Assembly (NCBI GenBank): GCA_051294905.1
Contig: CM119372.1
Span: 35,404,001-35,468,000 of the forward strand
Reading direction: 5' to 3'
Length of the DNA stretch: 64,000 nucleotides
Origin: Botryllus schlosseri
Lineage: Eukaryota
Shown in pieces: positions 13,844 to 27,415 of this stretch. A program made the translations under genes and the position numbers. How positions within the stretch are numbered: position 1 is the stretch's first letter; each line of letters begins with the position of its first letter. A model generated the notes under the pieces. That model saw only the letters and a program-made list of their open reading frames with translations, did no database searches and was not told the origin of the DNA.

Positions 13844-14927
13844 ATGAGCGGTACTCGACTCAAAGCTGAATACTCGACCCGAATCGAAGCCTCTAAACTC
13901 AGAATCGATTCACTCCGGTACTCGATTTCGCGAAGCCCTAATGTTGAGTCACGTCGGAATCATCCATAACACCAGCATGTTTGTTGAATGTATCGGACAT
14001 CGTTGGTGATCTCTGAGGTCTCTGGATGCTACAAACTATGTCAACTTTACGTACAATGTACAATGTACATATGGTTGGCCCACAATAAACCACCTTCACG
14101 CTTCTCTCCATAAAAACGGCAGCAGGAATCGATAAAATCAGCACGATGGAATTAAATGTTATAAATATCACGGGTGTAAACCTGAATTAAATCATACCGA
14201 TTTAAATCAGGATAATTCAAACCATAACCCTATTTTAGCCTTGATTTAAATTTTTATGTATATGAAATTCCATGCCAGTGTGTACCACATCTGGAATCGC
14301 ACGGTGTACTCACAGTTGAAACATGACGATTATTGTTGTTATTTTCGCTTTCATGGTGTTGCGACTACCTCAGTCAATTACCGCTTGTCATTTATACCAT
14401 ATACAGATAATATTCATTAGACTTCTTGATCTGTCGACCGTGGGGTACTTTCGTATATAGGAGTGCTGCTTAACATTTAATAACTTGGAAATCGTTACGC
14501 CAGGAGAGGGCAAACTTTTTAGCTCTCAAGTCGGATTCAGCATTTAAATGGATTCGCGGGCCGCACTATATAAAATTGGGATACTAACCAAAAATTCAAT
14601 AATGGTATTTGATTATACAGTGACCGACAACACGGAGATAACATATATGTATTTGTATATTTAAATCAAACCTAACATTGATTTGATGATAACGAACACG
14701 CGTCAGAAACATTGACGAGAATTTGAAAGCTGGTCGACCTCATTGTCAAAATTAGGGATGAAAGTCGGTGTTCCCAATTCTTAGAACTGGATGTAAATTT
14801 GATTCTGTGAGCAGCGATCTGTTCATAGAGTTGCTGGCTGTACTTTTGGTATGACTCCACGACTGAAAATGTTGACAGCATCACAATCATGTTACCTATA
14901 AAAACGCTTCTATAAATACTTCTAGAC

Positions 14928-15816
14928 CAGGGGTGTCAAACTCAAATTACGTCGCGGGCCGGATTCAAACCTTCTAATCGCTCGCGGGCCGCACCAGTCA
15001 ACTGATTCGAAAATGTTACTTCATGACCGTGCTTTTCAATTTCATACTTTATAATCAAGCCTATATAAACAATATCACATCGTATCACAGACCATAAGGG
15101 TTGTATTCCCTAACAATGGAATGGGTTACAATACGATGATTGGCTGTTTGAATATATTTATGAACCGATAAAACAGTGGTGGTAACGACGATATAGCTCG
15201 GCATATTTCTATGGTGCCTTTGCTTTGGTCGTAATCTGGCGTTAGCCTCGTTTGTGCGTTGTGATGAATACTAGAGATTGAACCGTAAACGCGCCGTTGG
15301 AATTTGCTTCATTATTATTAAATTGCGATTCGGGTACTTATTGAATTCGGGGACTTTTTGAGTTGAAAGTGACAGAGGGGGGCGACCACAGATATATTTG
15401 AATGATGTTTTTGTGTAACTTATATATTTTCCATATAAACTGCATATTACGGTTCCGCGTCGGCGTTTTTGCTTCTGTGAATAACTACTTACTGTTCCAT
15501 TTTCCGTAAAACTCTGGACTCAATGTGCACCTTTTATCTTTTCGAATTGGGTGCCAATGTGACCGACTTCTTCCTAGTGGTGAATAGAACTAGATTGAAA
15601 CCACAATACCGCACACAGTCGGGTGGTTATAATGTGGCCTATGAGCATACTCAACATTTGCTCTCTTAAGGGATTATTTAAATTGAAGTGTTACCTTAAA
15701 AACACATCAACATTTATTACAAATGTACTGGATATGATAAGCATTTTTCAATCTACTCAGAATTGCTTCGGGGGCCGGATGAAATCGTCTGGCGGGCCGG
15801 ATGTTTGACAACCATG
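14928..15816. mobile_element. hAT MITE (CAGGGGTGTCAAAC family)
   Basis: TIRs caggggtgtcaaac / gtttgacaaccatg; perfect TSD ttctagac. Confidence 0.8.
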
Positions 15817-18263
15817 TTCTAGACATACAATGAACGAATCTATCTAACACACTCGCGAATCGGTTTTTCCAAATACAGCACTAAAAATAATAAACATGCT
15901 CATGTTGACAATATAAAATCACACTCGTGGTCCGAATTAAGTCATTTAATTTTCACTTTCTGTGTTATTTAGCAATTGAGGTCGGGCAATTGCGCCATCA
16001 ATAACATACTGAAAAGACTATGGCACGATTATAACTTATCAATGTCGTGTTGAAATATATCGAGAAAAAGTTTAATCAAATACCCACAGTAATTTGATTT
16101 TAGTACGAATTTTATCAATATTTTTACAACAGTTCTTGAGGCTTTCGCGAGCCGCGTGCGTTGCCGCGTGCGTTGCCCAACCCTGTGCGTCACGCTAATC
16201 TGCAAGTGTTCGGGGTTACTCCAACGCCGAGTCAAACTGGCGACATGTTTCTTATCACATTAGCGCTCTTTACACGCCGGCTACGCAATAGGCTACTATA
16301 AATATCCACAATTGAATTTATAGGTATAGAGATGGAAAATACACAACATATGTATCATTAAGGGAATGTATTTCCTTTGCACTGCATGTTGGCCCTACAC
16401 GATTTATACTACAACGTCGGTATGAGAAGTCGACAGAGCATTTATAACTGCACTTGGATTGTCGGATTGTTAACTAATAGTAGGTGAGGCAAATCCATCT
16501 GTGCCTCACCGGGTCATTGTTTTTCTGCCCTTTCATTGTACGCAACAATGCTGAATGTCACGTTCTTTGGCGATTTTGAGGGGATTCTGGTGTTGTGACG
16601 TTATTAACATTTAGATTTTCGGAATCGGTGTGACAATAGTATTCGAGTAATACCAGTTATTACACAGTCTGAGCTGTTTATGATGAATTGCGTTATCACA
16701 TGTGGGAATTGGCTCGTATGTGCCTCATTTCCCCTTTCGCACTATTCATTTTAAAAATAACTATCTAAATTTTGTGATTATGTATGTTAAAATATTTCAT
16801 ATTTATTCATTCATGAACATAGATGGAAAATACACATAAATATTGGTGTTATAATCATTGAAGGTGTCACAATCTTATTTTACTCTTCCTGACGACAGGT
16901 GAGGCACTGCTTCACCTGCCTCCATTGGCCGCGCATCACTGTATGGATTGGGCTAATGGCGCGTAAAATGAACGGTGCATCAACAAAATGTTCCAAGAAC
17001 AAAACCATTCCAGTATGATTTCCAGACAGGATGAAAATTAGATAATGAAGATTAATTGCTGTTCCATTTCAGACTAGTTGAGAAATGAGAGGCTTCGCCG
17101 CCGACCGTGTCATTGTATTGTTCGGTTGAAACCGAATCCCCTAGTTAGAAATAAGCTAGAACATATTTGATATAGAATTGGCATTTTTGAAGGACGGTGT
17201 CCGAATTCGAACATCAACCTAACATGCGTACATCAACACACGCCATGCAGCCACAGCAATCACGGTTCGACTACGGATCTGGTCTAATTGGTTATATTCC
17301 GGTGCTCTTTAACCTGCTCATCCTAAGGACGATACTTGAAAATTTACATGGGGTACACCAAAGGGTGCACAGGGAGGAATAAAAAGTCCAATGCAGTGCA
17401 CACTGAGTAATGGGACGTAACCAGTTGAATTTCTTTTTCTTAGTTGTATTTGGTCGACACAGCTCTACCAAGTGGTAAAGGAAATCTAAAAATATTATAC
17501 TTAGATGGGATATGCCAGGACAGGCGTATCATTACGGATCATATGTGTGGGTGGAAATCATGTCATGATCAGCAACAGAAACCATGAGACTACTCATTGA
17601 ACCCCTGGGATGTTCAGGAACCTCGGTAAAGGATCACTAGTTATGGGCGTTTGTATGGGTTACCATACGTCGTCTTTTATGAGGATTTGTCCTCTGTTGA
17701 ATTTTTTGAAAGTGTCCTCGGTGGATGCACAAATGTCCTCTTTTTTGTATTCTTTTTTTTTAAATTTTGGTTGAGTATAGGCTAAGTTTCCACTGAGATA
17801 TGCGAAATTAGTACCGAAGTTGAGCCGGAAAGTTGACCTTATTTTTAGTCAATCAACGGAGAACTTAACAAAAGTGTATAAATTTGCTGTCGAGTTGAAA
17901 AACTGACCCCTTTTTTGTCAACCAATCATCAAGTCGGGTAAAGTTTATCATTTTCTCCGGATTTTACTCCAGTATTATGGGTATGAAAATTTTGAAAAAG
18001 TGTCCTGCTTACAGATTTCCAAAATATGGTAACGCTATTCTTTTGTAATACACAATGTATGCTGATCGGATGATGAGCATGACCCCAGATAAACGCTGCA
18101 ACACTTAATTGAAGTCTGTCCCCTTCGGACTACACTTGCAACCCATTTGTGTTGCAGATATATTGCGCCATCTTGCAGCAGTAACCAGGCGTTGATATGG
18201 CAGCTAGATGTGTGGATGGGTAGGTAGGTCAAGTACACATCTTGTGGCATGTTTAAACTACAT

Positions 18264-21200
18264 CAGAGGCGGGCAACCTTTTTGCTAATCACGGCCCCAT
18301 TTGGACTACTTATGTAGCCTACGGCCGCATTCCAGGGCATAACCGTAACTAACTAACTGGACGTTAAACTTTCCATGTCCATTACCATTCTACTTTTGAT
18401 ATCGGCCTATTATGCGCACCAAAATCGCGAGTGGTTATGTTATGAACACTGAACAGTTACTGTGATTGGTCATGATTTTCAGATTCACGAATGGATTCTG
18501 TCATTAATAGTTGAAGTATCACATATTATTATCAAATATTCATCCTTTCTCAGCCCATGTGATCAGATTCATCGGTAGAGTTGATCGAAGGAGTGCTTGA
18601 GAAAATTTAGGGCAAATTATAAATGATAATGCATTTTCGGGTGGGTCAATTGTTATTAATAACTTTGTTGCATGATTTTATTTCCTGATCCCCGCTCCAT
18701 CCAGGATTGTCGGTTTACTGCAGGGCCCGGCAACCTTTCGTATGCAATGTAAATATATCAAAAAATTGTAAAATATTACCCACTGGCGTGCTAACCATAT
18801 TTAATTTTGTCATATTTAGCGTTTCAAGCAAGGAATCACACCAACCATACCTGTCTACAGCTGGCAGCGGCATTGGTTACGTCAGTGATTCTTACAGTAT
18901 TGGTCGCGAAGGGTATAAATTCTGGTCGCTATCGCACTAGACTCAGGGCATGGTATGGTATGGTATGGTATGGAAGTATGGTATCGTATGGAAAGAAATT
19001 TCGGTATGGAATATGGAAGAGTGCAAGTATGGTATGGTATGGAAATTTTACAAGTATGGTAAGGAATGTTCTTTCCATACTTCATACTTTGGCAGTTTTG
19101 CCAGAATCATGATAACGATCCTACTTTTGATTTTTCAAGTTGATTGCACACCTCAGAAAATCGCTCACTGTCTATGTTCCTATCTTAAATAGCGATTAAT
19201 CACTCACCCACCCCGGTCGACTTCTATTTGAAGACAGCAAAGTAGCGCTACGCGCATTTGAAGGAAAACAATATTGTTAAATAATATTCAAATCAAATGA
19301 AATCTAAACATCATTAGAACGAATGATATTCGACCGCTGTCGCGTTGCAACTTGCATTTCGTTTATCGTAACTTCCACTCCGTAAACTACCAAGGGAGTT
19401 TTGAAATCGTAGATTATCTGAGAATGTAAAAGTTACATGAATATTTTTATCAATATGTTGAACTTGGAAATAATTTTCTTTGCTTTGGTAAGATGATCAT
19501 CATCACGCAATATCTATTTGACTTAACCATCATTGTAATTCAAAAATATGTAGTTTGTCTTGGAGCGACGTTATGAAATGCCGGCCTCCAACACGCAATA
19601 AACTTCATGAAATTTGGTTATCTCTGATAAAAGAATAGACACCGTGATCCTGGCTAATGAATCGAATGTGTGGCCCACAGATTGGCGGGAAAAATGGACA
19701 TTTGATCCGCTTTACCAGAATGATTTTAGTGATGTAAATTTATATTCTAAGATATATTCTAATGCAGTGGTTTCGAACCGGTAGGCAATTTAGGGGTTTC
19801 TGGTCGGGTATAGACTCACTTGTAAAAAAAAATCACTTTAGGAACCCCGTTTATTAAACGTCTGTATGAAATGCCGATCGTATCTCTAATATTTAGGCCT
19901 ATTAGCTCATTTGCAATTCAGCAATTCGTATTATCAGTGCCTCCAAATAGCGAGAATGGACTGCACAGCGGCACGCGATCACCCGCATTGTTATTCAGTC
20001 GCATGCGAAATGGTGTGATTGAAAGCACTTGATTCGTTATAAGAAGAGTTCATATGCATGTGAAATTGTGAATATGTATTCAGAGAGATCGCGGACTCGC
20101 TAATTGATGGCATAGGCTGACTCGTTACAGATGAAATGACGTATTTCTTTTCGAGTTATATGTAGCGAAAGTGTGGCTTATGGCGGCTTGTATCTAACAG
20201 CAACGAGTTTATCTGGCCCGTGCATTGTTCGGCATTTACACATGTAAATTGATGCTATCTCGCTACATTTGGGAAATATTTCAAACCCTTCCTATTTTTC
20301 TGTCGGCTTATACATACATTTGACGGAGGCGCAACATTGCGTTTACGTTTACCAGTTCACTGCTCGTTCATTTCATTGCGTGTTGTTGAATTCCGGGGGT
20401 CCTACCTTTCACCAATAGCAAGTCTTTACAAAATAAAGTCATACCAAATTGTATTGGAGGCAGCAATTATGAAGGGTGGAAATATAGATTTCAGGTTGTG
20501 GGGGAAAAAGAAGAAAGGGTTGGTAACCAATCTTCTAATTTCACAATAACTTTGGTTCATGTAATATTGTAGATGATGTTACTGCTATTGCTCTCCGTTA
20601 CCACACTGGATTTACATGTCATGAGATTCTGTTGCGATTTCCAAATAATCCCGTGTGTAGGCCTATATATTATAAGTTCCATCTTCGATGATTAGGCAAC
20701 ATGTATTGCTGACGACATATGATATAAAGAAATTGGGGATATCATTGGTGCATCAGGGCTGTTTAAATGGATAATTCTTTCCAAAAAAAAGAAAAGAATG
20801 AAAACGCCGCAACATTTCCACATATTTAAAATAGAATATCACTTGAGAGGTTGGGCAAGTTGCGAAAGTATGGAAAAAGTATCAAATATGGTATGGAATA
20901 ATATTGCTATGGTATGGAAAATTGTAAAGTATGGTATGAAACGATTGGGCGGGTATGGAGTATGGATAATTCCCATTCCATGCCATACCATATCATGCCC
21001 GGACTAGACGTACCGCCTAATGTACGTAATATGTGCACCATTTAAATTTAGTAAGGTAAAGATCAGTCTTCTGTGGTTGCCTTGATCGTTCCCAAATCTA
21101 CTGTATTCGGGACCATAGCCAATAAGAGACAGGCCCATCAAATATGTTATGATGAGATGGCCAGATGATAAAGATGTGCCAACCCCTGCATTATGCAAGT

Positions 21201-21913
21201 TGGTTTGATGTTACAATTAAGTTGGCCTGGTACTAGATTTGTCTGCAAAGCTCCAAAGATCGCGGTATAGCGGTAAAGGCTACTGTTATTGTCGTTCCAC
21301 CAGATATATTGGAATCGCTTACACGTATTAGACGAAACTAAAACAATATATCCTTTCGTGAGATTAACACAATTCTAAATTTGCATTTCAACACGGCACT
21401 CATTATTTTCCTATGTGGGTCTCATATAGGAGGTGCCGTTCAGCCTGCGGTAGCTGGACTATACGCGCCGGTTATTTCGGCGCTTGGACAGTGGACATAT
21501 CAATGTCGAACGTTTTGGTCAACATGCGACGGTTATTATAATTCAATGTTTTATCGCCGCAAATCATTTTGGTCACGGACACGGCGCACGGATACGTGTG
21601 TCTTCTAACGTGAAAATGCCTATAGAGCCTAAATGCTGGTTTATATAAAATATGAACGGTCCCACAGGCATCACAGTGCACACTCCTAAACGAAGTATCA
21701 AAACGGTTTCATACGATATTAGGTTGCCGTTGATATATTTTTGTGGGTTTCCCAAAATCAAGACATTAAGTCACAGTAAATCGCGAAGCGCGTAAAAATG
21801 TTCAGGATAACTTAGAGCTGCCCCAAAAAGACTCTCTATTATGTTGATTTATCAAATAATTTTAGCTTTCTCCATTTCGAAAACGTTTGAAAACCGCTGG
21901 TTGCCCACCCCTG
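18264..21913. mobile_element. Probable outer hAT element enclosing nested insertions
   Basis: Ends cagaggcgggcaacc / ggttgcccacccctg; flanks aactacat/tactacac (6/8). Confidence 0.5.
18944..21002. mobile_element. Non-autonomous hAT element with (TATGG)n subterminal arrays
   Basis: Ends cagggcatggtatgg / ccatatcatgcccgg; TSD actagact/actagacg (7/8). Contains a further nested MITE at about 19765-20532 (flanks ttctaatg/ttctaatt). Confidence 0.75.
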
Positions 21914-22531
21914 TACTACACGGTCAAGACTCTGCATCAGGTTTTCGCATGTTAACTTTTACCGATTGTTGCTACGTATTTTGTTAAAACCTGTAGTTAT
22001 TTCGTTTCCACTTCAGATTTTCGTAACTCAAAATATACGTACCAGACAAAGAGTTACCCGGCCAAACAGAACCCAAAAACAAACTACTTTAGAGAGACGC
22101 ATGCGATTCCAAATCGAATTTCTCCTGTGGCAGGGCATATCAATATCGACAGTCTCAGTCCACTCCACATTGGCTAGGACTGTCTTTTTGGGCCAAGGCT
22201 TTGGTGCCGCTGACCCTTCAGCAGCTGACTTCACGGAGTCGCACGTTGTACGCACACACGCACGTTGTACCCTAAGAATGCACGATCCACTACTAAAGCA
22301 TTTAAACGGCCTCAAGCGATACTATGAATATACCACAAATACAGTGACGTCTAATTTTGTAAATTAGGAGTATTTTTCATTCGGAATCAAGTGACACAAA
22401 ATCCCGCTAGGGTGCAGAAAGGTAATTTCAAGCTGAATCATTATTAACATTAGTCGAATTGTAGAAAGGTAGTAGTGTCCCTTATCGCTCATGACGGACT
22501 GGACGCCACGGTAAGTCATTACCTTCTGGTA

Positions 22532-24126
22532 CAGTGGTTCCCAACCTTTTTCATCTCGTGCCTCCCTTGGCCGAATTTTTAGCCAAAATTCCCCCCTTAG
22601 GAGATATCTGCCCGATGATTAAAAAAGGTCAATTTTATCGGGCAAACACCTGTTGACTGAAATAATTAGACGGGCGGTACCGAGTGTTTGTATCTAGCAG
22701 TGCTGTAATAACACTTTGTAGGCCTCCAAAACCAATGGTCTTGGTCCCAATCAAGCAAATTCTGGAAGGCTTGACTCAACAGACCCCCACACTTTCATTT
22801 GTGTTCTCGGCTTACCATGCACCGATCGCTAATTTAACTGCTGTGGAAAAGCAGTATGAATAAATTTACTGGTCTCCCGATTTTTTCCCTCAAGTTTGCG
22901 TATGCATTTGGCCAATAATATTGGTACTTTCAGATATAGCAGGGTTGACCAGACTCGAGTCTGACTCGAGTCATCATTTTTTGATGACTCGACCTGACTC
23001 GAGTCATTTTCTCAAAATACTAAAACGACTCGACTCGAGAAAATCTGTGTATTTCTCAAAATACGTAAACGACTCGACTCGAGACAATCTGCGTAGCTCT
23101 CAAAATACGAAAACGACTACACTCGAGACAATCTGTGTATTTGACTCGAACCTAGCCATACGACTCGAGACTATAAGACGGCCAAGACCGACATTTCATT
23201 GTAATTTCGAAGACCAGTAAAATGACCGCCCTATTGGAATTTCGTCTATTGATCCTGGTACTTGAAAATGCGACAAAAAACTGCTCAAAGTGAGGATAAT
23301 TACTATATCATCCATCCATATCATTTAATATCACCAAACAGGGTTATAAAAAGTGGGTTTAACAAGACTTCAACTGGAAACTGAGCAGTCAACACAGTGA
23401 CTTGGACTCGGACTCGAGTCATAATACCATGACTCGGACTCGACCCTCTGCTAGCTGACTTGGACTCGGACTTGACTCAATGGTAAATTGAAAATAACTC
23501 GACTTGACTCGAGTCAAAACTATGAAGTGAGATTGACATGTGACTCGGAGCCTCTTGACCTGGTTACAGCCCTGGTAGATAACATACACGCGATGAGATT
23601 CCCTGCTGGAGCTCATTAAAATTTAGCACACCCATTACGTTTTGGCAACCTTGCACCAAGTTTAACATATCTTGTTTCGATCGGGTAGCTGTTCACTAAA
23701 AATAAAGCAAGGCTAGCGATCTCTTTGACTTGAATCGATGACGTTGGAATATTTTGTCACTATCTGAAAATGTTGACTTGAAAATATAAAATAAATACTT
23801 TTACTAGAAGCATTGTTGTGATAGATTCGGCACGACATTTGCTCGCTTAGGATATATTTGATTGAGAGGCCGTCGCTGGCCTACAAAATTGTCTTGCGAA
23901 CTGCAGCCCATCCGAACTAGTTTGAAGAAAAGGGGAATTTGTATGTGAAAAAGAGATTGCGAATAGCATTGGAACATACTTTAAGCAAAAAAGCCATAAG
24001 GAGCATACGTTCGGATATAACTGGTTGACTACATGACAGTTCAGACATGAACAATTTGGGAAATCCGTTACAATTCTAAAGTGGAATTCCTCCCTAAAAA
24101 TTGCAAAATTCGGTTGGGAACCACTG
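22532..24126. mobile_element. hAT MITE (CAGTGGTTCCCAAC family) with a nested GACTCGAG-repeat element at about 22940-23574
   Basis: Perfect TIRs cagtggttcccaacc / ggttgggaaccactg; perfect TSD ttctggta. Confidence 0.85.
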
Positions 24127-24167
24127 TTCTGGTATAAGTTATTCTGGAAAAAAATTATAGGTTAGAC

Positions 24168-25893
24168 CAGTGGTTCCCAACCTGTGGTACGCGTACCACT
24201 AGTGGTACGCGAAGGTTTGTTTGTTTGTTTTATTACATTTTTGGCGCTTATCGCACATATGGTTATTTGCGCCCAGTACATGAATTGAATAACACAATGT
24301 CTTTTGCGGTCTTGTTTCGTCTTTTTCTGGTCATTGGCTGCCATCTTTCCAGAGTTCGGCTCTCTCTTCTTCTGGGCTTTTCAAGGCGCTGTATAGACAG
24401 CGAGATCGGCGATGAGGAGCCCAGATAAACCTCCGACACATAGAAACATGGCAGAGCCGTGACTCGAACCACCAACCATTGGTGTCGTGACAGCAGTGTT
24501 TAACCAACTGCGCCACTCGCTTCCCCGGTACGCGAAGGTCTTTCAGGTGGTACGGGAGTAGATTTTATTTTATTTTTCAGCCGAAAGGAGTTATTTTCAG
24601 GTCAGGTTGATTTTGAGAAGATCGTTCTCCAATAAACTTCTGGCTTAGCATGGCCTCCTCGTACTCGACGCTAGCTTCTCGCGCTATTCCCCATCTGCTG
24701 ATTTTCCCTTCTACGTAAGACTGCGAGCAAGGATTTTCATCCCCGATGACTGTCAAGTCGAAGAAACAAAACCCACTTGTTGCGCTCATGCTGCATGAAT
24801 TTCGATGCGCTGTGAGCAAACGTATGCCGCGCATCGACCAGCTAGTGGAAAATAAACAAATGCAGCCATCGCATTAAATATATCGACTTTTGTTGGTATT
24901 TCATTATGTCGTCATCTTGTGACCGGTGGTGAAAAAACAATTCCATGCATCCCATCAACCCTGGCTGATATTGCCTAATGCAGGAGTGGCCAACCTGCGG
25001 CCGTAGAGGGAAATTTGTGCGGCCGTGGACACGTAATTCAATTAGTATGTGTTGGCGGCCGTCGACATGCAATTTGAATTTACGAATTGACTTCCGATTT
25101 CTTGAAAGTTTTTAATTAATCTTGTTAATGTGACTTCATTTTTAGATTTTAATATAGTATAGCGCCCTTTGCAATCAGAGCCCCACAATACAGATGCGAA
25201 CAGCTGAGGAAAATGATGTGCCTCATATAGAAATATCAACTCGGAATCGTGTGCTCCTCACTATACCGACAATCCTGATGGGAGGTCAAGAAATAACAGC
25301 ATGCAACAAAATCATAATTTATAACTGGCCCTAAAGTTTTGGAAACACCCCCTGCATCAACTCTATACCGGTGAATCTGATCACATTGGCTAAGAAAGGA
25401 TAAATGTTAGATAATAATATGTAAAACTACTAATATCAATGACGAAATGCATTGGTGAATATGGAAAAAATTTCGCGCTTGGCGCGGCTCTGACCAGTCC
25501 CTTGCCATTACCAGTGACCACTCGCGATTTCGGTGCGTATAGTAAGCCTATATCATTAAAGAGATTAGTCCGCAGTTCACCGGAAATGGACATATACACT
25601 TTGACCTGGGCATTTGGCGTCCAGCTCGTTCATAACGACTATTATGTTCCGGAATGCGGCCGTGGGCTACATGAGTGGTCGAAATGCGGCCGTGAAACGA
25701 TAATCGCAAAAAGGTTGGCCACCCCTGATATAATAGAATTTGTCATTGCACCTCGCATAGGTCAAATACGTGATTACGTCATAAATGGTGAATATTTGTT
25801 TTACCGCCGTCGGTGTAACTTATGTAGGTGGTACGCGAGCACTGTATAAAACCTCGAAATGGTATGTGGGTGTTAAAAGGTTGGGAGCCACTG
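24168..25893. mobile_element. hAT MITE (CAGTGGTTCCCAAC family) containing a SINE and a nested MITE (about 24981-25727)
   Basis: TIRs cagtggttcccaacc / ggttgggagccactg; perfect TSD ggttagac. Confidence 0.85.
24217..24526 (-). mobile_element. tRNA-derived SINE, family B
   Basis: A box tggcgcagttgg, B box ggttcgagtc, (acaa)n tail, and 13-bp TSD ggtacgcgaaggt (24204-24216, 24527-24539). Confidence 0.85.
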
Positions 25894-26167
25894 GGTTAGA
25901 CAATACGGATTCAGACTGAAGAAATTTGCCCACTAATACCTTACTTTATGAAAGCTCACGAATTTTTTTTAGGTAAGGCAAGGCTGATTCCGCGTCCTTA
26001 CCTCTACCCCTCTAAGTGATGATCTTGGACATCTCGGACATTTATATCGAATGTTATTTTTTTAAGAAGAAATACTTCCACTTAAATAATTTCTCAAGGC
26101 AGATATTGTCGAATGCGTCATAGGTCCCGTGATAACCGTTTGTTGGCAATGTTGTGTCTTTGGTAAC

Positions 26168-26682
26168 CAGTGATGAGCATCGGAGCGGAGTTTTGCCGAT
26201 TTTGTGACACTCAGAGCGGAGACGGAGTTTACTATAGATATTTTTTCGAAGATTTTCGGAGTGTTGTAACTTTTGCCCCCGATATCTCTAGATCTTAGAT
26301 GGAATACCTCTTAAGGGAGGTGAACTTCATTCACACTGCTTCAAGTTAACGGGGTTCAATCTGTGTGCTACCCTTGCTAGTTCCATCCTGATGCTTGCAA
26401 GTACAATCTTAGATTTATTTATCTCTCGTTCTGTTTCAGAGATACAACTAGTGATATTCTAGTGCATAACTGTTCTCAGCGGAGCTGTAGATTTCGGATT
26501 CCTCGACAATGTTATTGAATAGCCTAACACTACCGATATAGATGTTTCGGATACTTGACGAGATTCTTCGGAGTACCTCGGAGTCTGAGATTGAGCTCTT
26601 TGGAGTCGGAGGGAGTTTTTTTCAGAGACTAAAGTTGTCGGAGGGATTCGGAGTCTCGAAAAGCACTGTCCGCTCATCACTG
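26168..26682. mobile_element. hAT MITE with CGGAG subterminal repeats
   Basis: TIRs cagtgatgagc / gctcatcactg; perfect TSD ttggtaac. Confidence 0.85.
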
Positions 26683-27415
26683 TTGGTAACAAGTCTGATG
26701 GATCGCGTCATGCACCGGAGTCGGATTTGAATCCGACCAGAGTTGGATATGAATCCGTCCGGAGTTTTCACACTCAAATAATAGTTTTCAGAAAAGTAGA
26801 CCAAATGTACTTATCAGCAGTTAGGAGAGGACAAAACACCATTGCTAGACCGTTCTATTGTAAATCTCATAGTGCTCGAAGTATATTAGGTAATCATCCG
26901 TGGTGACACTCACATCTGTCTCACAAGGTTCCGGCGTCACACATTTGGTTTCTTCTATACATAAATGTGCTCTAGGTTCGACGCATGCTAGTTGCAATGA
27001 AACTTTATTTAATCTCTTTCTTTTCCAGAGTGGTATGAGTTGGTTGAGGGCGACGCTTCATTCATCTTCTCTTATGTTGTGACCAATAATTATAACGTTA
27101 CGGTGGAAACTCCAATGGTCATTTAGTAATGATGACTCAAATTGGATGCCGCCACATGCACAGATTTTTTGTATTCCTTAAAACGAATAGGCAGCGCCAA
27201 CGTCGCATCACGACTAAAACAAACAAAGCATAGAAAATACCTACCTATGACATGCATCAGTGGTTTATAACTGTATTGAATCGGTCCCTTATTGATTGTA
27301 TTTGGCGAATTACACTGCTTGGGTAAAGGTTTTACTAGAATAGAACTCCTGTGAGCCGTAATATCACATATAAGCTTGATAACGTGACCTTCCGCTGAAA
27401 AGCATGGATCTGCAT

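Noticed and set aside
13938..14180. Hydrophobic minus-strand segment (FTPVIFITFNSIVLILSIPAAVF) as a VAChT exon
   Set aside because: No SLC18 motif and no partner exons found.
18807..19192. ORFs with WYGMV/PYHT repeats
   Set aside because: They come from the (TATGG)n subterminal array of a hAT element.
17197..22180. Possible plus-strand multi-exon gene (AG/GT-bounded segments near 17444, 18158, 18820, 21304, 21430, 22018)
   Set aside because: I could not assemble a stop-free frame or recognise a family, and several segments fall inside the putative element 18264-21913. RNA-seq would be needed.
24450..24526. tRNA genes (also about 33485-33559 and 10765-10840)
   Set aside because: A and B boxes are present, but the sequence continues into a shared body and simple-repeat tail, with TSDs in family B; these are SINE heads.
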